Shown here: positions 54,374 to 61,994 of the stretch, piece by piece
Layout: every line of letters starts with the position of its first letter
Numbering within the stretch: position 1 is the stretch's first letter
Origin: a virus
Direction: 5' to 3' (one strand)
Length of the DNA stretch: 64,000 bases
IMG/VR virus record: IMGVR_UViG_3300045988_020586
Made by a program: the position numbers and the translations under genes
The notes under the pieces: model-generated
Database searches by the model: none
What the model was told of the DNA's origin: nothing
The model's input: only the letters and a program-made list of their open reading frames with translations

Positions 54374-54637
54374 TTAAAATCTCCACCATCTAGTAGTCTC
54401 TTTCTTTAATTCATTGAGACACGTCTCATATTTGTCTTTCCAATAACTAGTGTGCTCTTCCTGGCGTGCCAACTGTCTCTGCAGCAGTGTTATCTGAGCA
54501 TCTCTAGCTTCTAACGCACTCTCATTATCTATTGACTTACTATTCTGTACAAGCTTTTCGTAATCTTTTCTATCTAGAATTACATAATCCCTAAGCTGTC
54601 TAATCAATTGAACTAAGTCTAATTCCTTCGTCTCCAT
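54374..54637 (-). CDS. hypothetical coiled-coil protein (87 aa)
   Basis: Track ORF with ATG start. Confidence 0.5.
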   Translation of the reverse strand: METKELDLVQLIRQLRDYVILDRKDYEKLVQNSKSIDNESALEARDAQITLLQRQLARQEEHTSYWKDKYETCLNELKKETTRWWRF

Positions 54638-54657
54638 ATATAATATCCAATAACATT

Positions 54658-54888
54658 TTAGTTGTTTCGGGATAATCCGAGAACATCTTTATCATCTATT
54701 CTGCTATCCCCGAACACTTCTTTAAATTTGTAGAACTCTCCTTTTTCATCAAGCTGCAGCGCTAATTGTAATATCTGTCTCGTTGGTGCTGCTTCCTCTC
54801 CTAGATTTTCTAGTTCCTTCAGTAATGTCTGATACGCATCCCTCTGTCCTGGATCCATCTTTTCCTGTCTCTTCATCTTCTGTGTCAT
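54658..54888 (-). CDS. hypothetical protein (76 aa)
   Basis: Track ORF with helical-looking text. Its first 140 nt overlap 54749-55087 in another frame. Confidence 0.45.
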   Translation of the reverse strand: MTQKMKRQEKMDPGQRDAYQTLLKELENLGEEAAPTRQILQLALQLDEKGEFYKFKEVFGDSRIDDKDVLGLSRNN

Positions 54889-55087
54889 TTAAAGCGTTTG
54901 TACCCATTTTTACTTTCTTTTTGAAGTTGTCATATCTTTCAATAACTTCATCAGCTGCCACATCCTTATCCTTAGGATCGTTTGGGTTATATAATACTTC
55001 TACTGGCCCAAAGCTTTTTAATATCTCTAGAAGCTCTTTGAAGTCCTCTTCATCTGCTCCGTCATTAAGTACTTGCATTGTTTCCAT
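54749..55087 (-). CDS. hypothetical acidic protein (112 aa as tracked; the last ~45 aa are doubtful)
   Basis: The N-terminal ~65 aa are protein-like. The 3' part overlaps 54658-54888 and is S/T/R/G-rich. Confidence 0.45.
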   Translation of the reverse strand: METMQVLNDGADEEDFKELLEILKSFGPVEVLYNPNDPKDKDVAADEVIERYDNFKKKVKMGTNALNDTEDEETGKDGSRTEGCVSDITEGTRKSRRGSSTNETDITISAAA

Positions 55088-55174
55088 CTTTTTGGATTAT
55101 TTTGTCTGTATTCTTTTATAGCTTTCCCTATAAAGGTACACGCTTCGATAGGCGTGAGTACAATTGGTTTTGGG

Positions 55175-55462
55175 TTAAGCTGCGATCGTCTCATTTGCTT
55201 CGTTTAAAGCGTTTACAACTTCAGCTTTGGTAGTCTTTGTTTTAGACTGCTCAATAAGCTTTTGTACAAGTTCGTCCTTATGAGGATTACCTTTTTGTGC
55301 ATACATGTGCATAAGGATTGCTGTAGCACTTGCAAACTCTCTAGAGTTTTTGTCAAGTGTGTCTATAAGTTCCTCAAGTTCTTCAATTGTATATTTTCCT
55401 GGCTTATGCAAGAACTTTCCATCTTTGTCGTACAGGTTACTATTTTTGCTAATTTTTCCCAT
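55175..55462 (-). CDS. hypothetical protein (95 aa)
   Basis: Track ORF with ATG start. Confidence 0.5.
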   Translation of the reverse strand: MGKISKNSNLYDKDGKFLHKPGKYTIEELEELIDTLDKNSREFASATAILMHMYAQKGNPHKDELVQKLIEQSKTKTTKAEVVNALNEANETIAA

Positions 55463-55633
55463 TATTACTTACTCCTTTAAGTATTACCCAACCAGCTGTA
55501 ACAGCTATTATTGGGATGATTAAAAATATAGTTATTATATCAAATGGATTCATCATTGTCTGGTTCATAAAACCCTAATCTTCTTCCGTTTTTCTCGGCT
55601 CTTTCTATTATTTCCGCAGCTCTTAAAAAGTCT

Positions 55634-56089
55634 TTATCTTTTGCTATTTTGCTCAGCATGGGCTATGTATTTTGTGCACTCTTCCTCTATAATTTCACCA
55701 TCGTCGTTACGTGTTAAATGTGTGTATTTCATCTTTGATCTGTTGAATTTAAACGCTCTAAACGCCTTATCTCGCTCCTATTTGTCATCATATCTATGGA
55801 TGTATTTCATCATTTGTGTAGCATTTACAGATCCTGCTACCCCAAGATTACATAGGTTTTTAATAAAGCTCATAGCCCCGTCTTCTCCAAACTTATGCTT
55901 TAGCATACTATACTCTTTAAGGCTCTTCTAGAACCACTAATTGTCTATATCGTATACTGGATCTTGCTCAACAATATATGCTATATTTATTGGCACACCG
56001 TGCACAAAGAAGTATTTGCACTACTATGTACAAGGTTTATTTTGATATTGTAGAGATAAGAAGTCAGCGTAATATAGTACGGCGCTCAT
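55634..56089 (-). CDS. hypothetical protein (151 aa) needing 5 TAG read-throughs; missed by the standard-code track
   Basis: ATG 56089 lies 12 nt after the upstream stop; TAA at 55634-55636. All 152 codons checked on the reverse complement. In-frame TAG at 56024-56026, 56021-56023, 55937-55939, 55928-55930 and 55778-55780. Text ..KYFFVHGVPINIAYIVEQDPVYDIDN.. Confidence 0.65.
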
Positions 56090-56100
56090 CTCAAACTAAT

Positions 56101-56496
56101 TCATACTTTACTTGCTGTTTTGTTTACACACTCTGTAAAGTATCCAATCAAGTATGCGAATACCTCGTTAGTATCTTCAGAGAGATTTATATGACACGAT
56201 TCTAGTATATCTACAGCCGCATGAAATGACTCGTGAGCAAACGTGTTTACATCATTATAATCATTCCAGATCTTGTTTACTACTATGATTTCGCAATCTT
56301 CGTCCGTTGATTTATCATATGCTCCATTTACTGTATAAGCCGTATATTTAGAATATTCACCATCGCATATAGATGATTCATCTTGTCTAAATGCAAATCT
56401 TTTATCTATTACAGACTTATCTGGGTTAACTATAACGAATAAACTAAACCCATATACTGTATTGTATTCGTCTATTATACACTTCTTTTTATCCAT
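56101..56496 (-). CDS. putative HExxH metallopeptidase-like protein (131 aa)
   Basis: ..NTFAHESFHAAVDILE.. First gene of the leftward module. Confidence 0.45.
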   Translation of the reverse strand: MDKKKCIIDEYNTVYGFSLFVIVNPDKSVIDKRFAFRQDESSICDGEYSKYTAYTVNGAYDKSTDEDCEIIVVNKIWNDYNDVNTFAHESFHAAVDILESCHINLSEDTNEVFAYLIGYFTECVNKTASKV

Positions 56497-56533
56497 ACTA
56501 TTCTTATTAGTCTTACTATTATTGTTAAGCTTA

Positions 56534-56597
56534 TATATAGCTCTACTATACTGTAATAGCTTATTATACTATATAGTCTTACTATACTGTAATAGCT
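56534..56597. repeat. Two 28-nt direct repeats (period 36 nt) in the divergent intergenic region
   Basis: TATATAG-CTC-TACTATACTGTAATAGCT at 56534-56561 and TATATAG-TCT-TACTATACTGTAATAGCT at 56570-56597. Confidence 0.6.
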
Positions 56598-56799
56598 GTA
56601 CTACTAAAGTAGATCTCCTAAAGAGAATATATAAGAGAAAGGGTTCTTAGTCTGACTAACCCCTACTATCCCCCTAACGCAAAAAAGCTAAAAAAGTTGC
56701 ATATTGAATAGAAAAGTGCAATTTATATAAAATTTTTATGCAGTTTGCAACCATTCTTACAAAAGTTTACGTTATGACGGCGTAAAACAATTAAATTTA

Positions 56800-57225
56800 A
56801 TGGATATGACAAAGATTTTAAAGGTTATTAAGCCTTTCTTCGTAATGGAGGTTGGCGATACATTTGAGTACAACGACAAAACAAAGGAGTACAAGAGTGT
56901 ATATAACGAAGAGCATAATAGTTCAAACGAAGAGAATTCTACAGTTGTTTCCTCATACAATTCAGTTTACACTATTTCTGAAGACTACGCAAAGATGCTG
57001 GTTGAAAACGGTTATCTTGAAGAGGTTATGCAAAACACAAACAATGACAAGCAGTTTGTTAACATATTTGATGAGATTGAACATTTGCTTATTCAGTATA
57101 ATACTGATTTGAATATTCTCTTAAACTCTGATGACGATACACCTCAGTGTTTGAAAGTCGAGAAAGAGACAGTTCTTCGCAATATGATCAAATTACTCAA
57201 ACACCTTAAGTCGTTGAAAAAGTAA
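56800..57225 (+). CDS. hypothetical protein (141 aa)
   Basis: Track ORF; first gene of the rightward block. Confidence 0.55.
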   Translation: MDMTKILKVIKPFFVMEVGDTFEYNDKTKEYKSVYNEEHNSSNEENSTVVSSYNSVYTISEDYAKMLVENGYLEEVMQNTNNDKQFVNIFDEIEHLLIQYNTDLNILLNSDDDTPQCLKVEKETVLRNMIKLLKHLKSLKK

Positions 57226-57226
57226 T

Positions 57227-57658
57227 ATGGAAGAAGAGAAGATGATAGATCAGACTCAGCTGGCAGAGGACTTAAGCTCAAAGATAAAGTATGAGTTTAG
57301 ACAGATGTTCTTGGTAAAGCCGCTTGAGCCTGTTAAAGTTAAAAAGAAGATCTCCGAACCTGTGGCTAAGGACACTAAGCCAAAGAAGGATAAGGATGGG
57401 ATCGAAGCAGTTGATTACGATGATGTAAAGACAGAGATTAAGGAAGTTGATTCAGATTTCTCTAGAGCTGTTGTGCTTAAGTTGCCATATGAGTATACAC
57501 ACCCATACGACGATGAAAAGATTCAGCAGATGCCTATCAAGGTTGGTGATATTGTTATATACAGATCTGCTAGAGGAGCTATGTATTTCGACTTACTTAA
57601 AGATTCTCAACTTGTATCTCTTTACGATATTGTAGCAACGGAGACAGTAGAGAAGTAA
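57227..57658 (+). CDS. hypothetical protein (143 aa)
   Basis: Track ORF; its ATG lies 1 nt after the previous TAA. Confidence 0.55.
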   Translation: MEEEKMIDQTQLAEDLSSKIKYEFRQMFLVKPLEPVKVKKKISEPVAKDTKPKKDKDGIEAVDYDDVKTEIKEVDSDFSRAVVLKLPYEYTHPYDDEKIQQMPIKVGDIVIYRSARGAMYFDLLKDSQLVSLYDIVATETVEK

Positions 57659-57888
57659 TGAATATAGATAAAGTTTGTAGATAGATCGGACGACAATTAA
57701 ACGAAGATCCAGAACTAGTAAAGCAAATAGTAATGCATTAGTTCTAGTTTGTAGTTGATGTTATGAAAGATCCAGATGACACTAGAGATGTGTTAATAAA
57801 CAAACTATTTAGATTCAAGCTTAAGAATAGATTTAAAGATAATAAGAATAAACCATTAAGTCCATATGAAGAAGATAATAAACATTGA
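57658..57888 (+). CDS. hypothetical protein (76 aa) with 3 in-frame TAG
   Basis: TAATG overlap with the previous gene; ends at TGA 57886-57888. Codons read from the raw lines. Fills an ORF-free gap in the track. Confidence 0.5.
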
Positions 57889-58240
57889 TCGTAAGCCGAT
57901 TATGGTTGACACAGAGACGGCTTTTGTAACATCGATAGATAGATCTACAAGAGGAATTGATGATGTATACGTTATCCCAGAAGATGCTCATATCGAATGG
58001 AGATCAAGAATGTTCCCAGACAAAACAATTGAGGCGGATGTAAAGAAAGATGATATTCTTGTCACATTCTACGATAAGGATCTCGGTACAGATTTTGTAA
58101 TAATCAAGTCTGCTGATTGGTTAAACGCTCTTAATAATGCAGCAGATGCTGATCAGAAGAGAAAGGAAGAGTGGGCAGCTAAACAGAAAAGCTCAAATTC
58201 TGAAGCTCTTGATTGTGGAGATAATTGTAGACCATGTTAA
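57866..58240 (+). CDS. hypothetical protein (124 aa)
   Basis: Track ORF. Confidence 0.55.
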   Translation: MKKIINIDRKPIMVDTETAFVTSIDRSTRGIDDVYVIPEDAHIEWRSRMFPDKTIEADVKKDDILVTFYDKDLGTDFVIIKSADWLNALNNAADADQKRKEEWAAKQKSSNSEALDCGDNCRPC

Positions 58241-58250
58241 TATTTAAGTT

Positions 58251-58574
58251 ATGAAGAAAGTTGTTAAAAAGACAGTTAAGGTAGCAAAGCCAAAGTACAC
58301 AATTTCTATGATTGATGCAGCTAATGTAAGTGATATTACAGCATACTTTATTGGCCAGAAGATTTTAAATGGCATGAAGCTCACTGATTCAGATATCAGT
58401 ACAATCGTATCAATTGTTACAGATATTGTACTTGAGGATCTTATGCCAGAGGATTGTGCAGCAATTGTAAACGATAATGGCACATACAGAAAGTGTACTG
58501 CTATTAGAGTTGAGAACAAGGTTAAGAAGCCTTGGTACAAGCGAGTATGGAATTGGATTACTCGTACTAAGTAA
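58251..58574 (+). CDS. hypothetical protein (107 aa)
   Basis: Track ORF. Confidence 0.55.
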   Translation: MKKVVKKTVKVAKPKYTISMIDAANVSDITAYFIGQKILNGMKLTDSDISTIVSIVTDIVLEDLMPEDCAAIVNDNGTYRKCTAIRVENKVKKPWYKRVWNWITRTK

Positions 58575-58584
58575 TCACCTTTAG

Positions 58585-58658
58585 AGTCTATTAGTCAAAC
58601 GGTAAAGACAGCCCGATATAAAGGGAATAGTTAGCAGGTTCGACTCCTGCATAGACTC
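58585..58658 (+). tRNA. tRNA-like gene with a degenerate anticodon arm (possible pseudo-tRNA or non-canonical decoder)
   Basis: Good acceptor AGTCTAT/ATAGACT, D arm GTC..GG..GAC and T arm GCAGG-TTCGACT-CCTGC. The anticodon arm is only CCC/GGG around an 8-nt loop GATATAAA. Confidence 0.45.
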
Positions 58659-59124
58659 CGACTTTTTGAATTCATTTGTTATCATATAAAAAGAATTTAA
58701 GATTTATTTGAAATAGATTACGCCCGATTTTGTAATCTCGACCAGTTTGCTGGAATTAGTCGTTAAATATAGTAAACCAGCCGGTATTGCACCAGATGCC
58801 GTTATTTGTCTGGCGAAGACAAAGACACGAAGGAGGTCCAGCTTATTGGTGAGGCTAAACCAATCCCTTCCTGGTAGGGGTTAGATACCATTTGAGTGGC
58901 ATCCCTGTGTGTACACTATAAATAAAAGGCTTCCATTGTAAGCTGACACAGGGACCCAATACTGGTTCTGCGTAACTCCAGCTAAAGGTTACGTGCTTAT
59001 ATCGAATGGGGTGCAGGTGGCAATACCTCATTAGATATTTTCATCATAAAAATGAATTTATTTTAATAGGTCGCATGAGTTTTGCGAAATAGTTTTGTGT
59101 GTTTCTATAAAAAATACACAATAT

Positions 59125-59195
59125 CGCGGGATGGTGAAATGGTATCACGTGTGGCTCATAACCATAGATTGCTAGTTCGACTCTAGCTCCCGCAA
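59125..59195 (+). tRNA. tRNA-Met (CAU) with a C1-A72 mismatch (initiator-like)
   Basis: Acceptor CGCGGGA/TCCCGCA, D arm GTGA-AATGGTA-TCAC, anticodon arm TGTGG-CTCATAA-CCATA, T arm GCTAG-TTCGACT-CTAGC. Confidence 0.8.
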
Positions 59196-60433
59196 CACTG
59201 AGCTTCGATTGTGTGGTGTTCTACATATTTGGCCACCAGGAGCGAAATTGATATCAGAAAAATATGTCGGCTACAATGGTTTAAAGTGTAGCAATGTAGT
59301 TTTAGGCAGATAAAAAGCTCGGTAGCCTAAGGTGAGCTTCTACAATATTGCCCATTCGCGTACCAGCTAGCGCACCGGGCTCTTTTGTCCAATGAATAAT
59401 TGAATATATAATAATGGAAAATAAAATATATAAACTCTCAGACGAACAGTTTGTTGAGTTACTCAAGAAAAGTTCAACAATATCTGAAGTGTTGTTTAAA
59501 CTTGGTTATACAGTTAAAGGAAACTCTTGGGGATATTCCCAAGTAAAAAGAAGAATGGATGATCTGAATTTAGACTATTCTATATTCAAAGGCAAATCAG
59601 CTGTTATAAAAACAACCAAGTTAAACAATGTAAAGAAGGAAGATATACTAAAGAAAAATTGTAGGCATCAGCGTACAGTACTAAGGAGATACGTTATTAA
59701 AAATAATTTAATCCCATACAAATGCGCGATATGCGGATGCACCGAATGGCAAGGAAAAACATTAAGCTTGGAACTTGATCATATAAATGGTGTAAACAAT
59801 GACAATAGATTAGAAAACCTTAGGTTTTTATGCCCTAATTGTCATAGTCAAACTTCAACGTATGGAAGCAGAAATCAGCAACTTAATAGTTCTGAATATG
59901 ATATCCCAGACGATTTAAGAAAGATGGTTGAAGAGAAGTATGATGAAGTTAAAAGTGTTAAAAGAGTATCATCAATACTTGGAATACGAAGATGCGTTGT
60001 TACAAAAATAGTTAATGAATCAGGTCAAAAACATTCTAATCAAAAGTATATAATAAGGTACGATAAAGATTGGAATGAGCTCGCAAGATACGGTTCTCTC
60101 GTAGAAGCTGCCAAAGCTTTAATAGAAGCTAATGAAGTTAAAACAAAGCGAGTAAAGACTTGTACTAGAACTATAATGTACAATAAAGATAATTTTTGGT
60201 TGAACAGTCATTGGAAAATATTGGATGGTAGCGGGATAATAAATAATCCGCTATTAGAACCTTCTCTAATTGACTCGGAAGACACTGTTGACGAGGCGCA
60301 AGCGAAAGCAGCGTGACAGACTAAACGAGAAGGCTGACCTTAGGGTTGGATGCAATAGTCGAGCTAATGAACCCCGGGGGAGTGGGGGCAGCACCTACAT
60401 GGGCGACAATAATTAAACAATATTATAAATACT
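59196..60433 (+). mobile_element. Group I intron-like element carrying an HNH ORF; host exons not identified, boundaries approximate
   Basis: Core-like ACAGACTAAA (60316-60325) and GCAATAGTCGAG (60352-60363). A 12-of-13 long-range pairing joins 59326-59338 to 60332-60344 across the ORF. GAAA-capped helices near 60300. Confidence 0.5.
59414..60316 (+). CDS. HNH homing endonuclease (300 aa)
   Basis: ..CGCTEWQGKTLSLELDHINGVNNDNRLENLRFLCPNCHS.. Confidence 0.8.
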   Translation: MENKIYKLSDEQFVELLKKSSTISEVLFKLGYTVKGNSWGYSQVKRRMDDLNLDYSIFKGKSAVIKTTKLNNVKKEDILKKNCRHQRTVLRRYVIKNNLIPYKCAICGCTEWQGKTLSLELDHINGVNNDNRLENLRFLCPNCHSQTSTYGSRNQQLNSSEYDIPDDLRKMVEEKYDEVKSVKRVSSILGIRRCVVTKIVNESGQKHSNQKYIIRYDKDWNELARYGSLVEAAKALIEANEVKTKRVKTCTRTIMYNKDNFWLNSHWKILDGSGIINNPLLEPSLIDSEDTVDEAQAKAA

Positions 60434-60685
60434 ATGGAGTTAAAATTTAAGAGACTTGAGGACGAAGCGGTCCTCCCTATTCGTAGCACAGAAGGTGCTG
60501 CAGGAATTGATTTGACATGCATTAAGATTGATACAGCTCTTAATGAAGCAAATCAGCTAATGTTGGTTTACCATACAGGATTGGCAGTTGAGATTCCTGC
60601 CGGATATGTTGGTTTACTTATACCACGCTCTAGTATTTGGAAGAAATCATTATGGCTTACTGATAATGTTGGAGTGATTGACGCT
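60434..60685 (+). CDS. dut: dUTPase, exon 1 (84 codons)
   Basis: ..STEGAAGIDL.., ..IPRSS.. and ..NVGVIDA. The frame then runs into intron sequence and stops at 60704-60706. Confidence 0.75.
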
Positions 60686-61614
60686 AGAATATTGATACGT
60701 TATTGAGTATCAATGCAACCAACTCTATTCGCATATCGTTATGATGATATAACTAAACACAAAATATCATGATAACAAAAATTTGCAAACAATGTGGTAA
60801 GGAATTTGATGTACCAGAATACAGAAAGGATGCTAAATACTGCTGTGACGAATGTAAACACAAAGCACTGCATGGAGATTTAAATTGTGAGTGTGAGGTT
60901 TGTGGCAAGAAATTCCACTTAAAACCATACGCTCTTAAAAAGAGTAAACATCATACATGTAGCCGCGAGTGTTTAAACAAACTTAAAAGTACATTATATA
61001 AAGGTGAAGGAAATCATCAATATGGTCTAAAAGGCGATAAGAATTCATCTTTCAAAGGAAACGTAATCCTGCGTAAGAACAATGGACTAATCGAGAGAAT
61101 GATCTACAATCCTAGACACCCATACGCTGATCGTAATGGTAGGATTAAGGAACACAGATTAATAGTTGAGCAGAATTACAAAATGTTTGACGATAAATAC
61201 TTTGAAGTTATAAACGGAGAGCATTATTTAAAGAAGAATGTAGATGTACATCACATTAACTTTAATCATAACGATAATAGAATAGAAAACCTAATTCCCT
61301 TGACTAGAGCGGAACATACAAAGCTTCATAACCAAAATGAAGTTATATACAGAAATGAGAAGGGAATGATAATTGGTGTCTTAAAACAGGGTGAATTGCT
61401 GGAAAAGCCTGAAGAGGTCAATCAGCAGCCAAGCTTGGGTAGTGATACCCTTGAAGGTTCAGAGACTAACAGCCGAGTCTTACGAGACAGTAATGCTGAC
61501 ACGAGTGCCCTGCCCGGAAACGGTGAAGATATAGTCCGATCTACTGATAACAAAATAAACAGTAGAAATATAGAGATAAAGAGCTCTATAGATTAACAAC
61601 TCCTAATTTTGTTG
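60686..61614 (+). mobile_element. Group I intron (about 929 nt) in dut, carrying an HNH ORF
   Basis: It separates GVIDA from DYRGEI. Exon 1 ends in U (gcT) and the intron ends in G (ttgttG). Core-like CAGAGACTAA (61460-61469) and GAAGATATAGTCC (61525-61537), plus UACG- and GAAA-capped helices in between. Confidence 0.7.
60769..61596 (+). CDS. HNH homing endonuclease (275 aa), intron-encoded
   Basis: N-terminal Cys clusters and ..VDVHHINFNHNDNRIENLIPLTRAEHTKLHN.. Its 3' third overlaps the intron core. Confidence 0.75.
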   Translation: MITKICKQCGKEFDVPEYRKDAKYCCDECKHKALHGDLNCECEVCGKKFHLKPYALKKSKHHTCSRECLNKLKSTLYKGEGNHQYGLKGDKNSSFKGNVILRKNNGLIERMIYNPRHPYADRNGRIKEHRLIVEQNYKMFDDKYFEVINGEHYLKKNVDVHHINFNHNDNRIENLIPLTRAEHTKLHNQNEVIYRNEKGMIIGVLKQGELLEKPEEVNQQPSLGSDTLEGSETNSRVLRDSNADTSALPGNGEDIVRSTDNKINSRNIEIKSSID

Positions 61615-61908
61615 GATTATAGAGGAGAGATTATAGCTATAATGAAAGCCACAACAGATGTGGTTCCTGCTATTTATAAGCAGGGCGAGCGCTTCTGTCA
61701 GTTGGTCATAGTTCCGGTGCCAGAATACGAGGTTACAGAAGTGTCTGAGCTTTCTGATACAAAACGAGGCGAGAATGGCTTTGGTTCAACTGGTACCGAT
61801 AATAAGGAAGTTAGCGCAGCTGCGGGAACTGAGGCACAGGCTAGCGAACAGCCACAGTCCGTACCAGAGCAAGCGGCGGCACAAGATGGTGCTGAGGTAG
61901 GTGAGTGA
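61615..61908 (+). CDS. dut: dUTPase, exon 2 (97 codons plus stop)
   Basis: DYRGEIIAIM..GERFCQLVIVP..RGENGFGSTG, then an Ala/Gln/Glu-rich tail. In frame with exon 1 after the proposed splice. Confidence 0.75.
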   Translation, partial: DYRGEIIAIMKATTDVVPAIYKQGERFCQLVIVPVPEYEVTEVSELSDTKRGENGFGSTGTDNKEVSAAAGTEAQASEQPQSVPEQAAAQDGAEVGE

Positions 61909-61931
61909 CAAGCTTGACGATCCTACATAAA

Positions 61932-61959
61932 GGGGATTACCGAAAGGTAGTTCCCTTTT
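61932..61959 (+). terminator. Intrinsic terminator after dut
   Basis: GGGGATTACC-GAAA-GGTAGTTCCC followed by TTTT. Confidence 0.6.
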
Positions 61960-61994
61960 ACTGTTTATATATAAACAATATAGTATTAAATAAT

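Noticed and set aside
61905-61994. GTG-start extension of the tail-fibre ORF, overlapping the dut stop.
   Set aside because: The extension contains the dut terminator hairpin (61932-61959). ATG 61995 (MNFKKQ) is the likely start.
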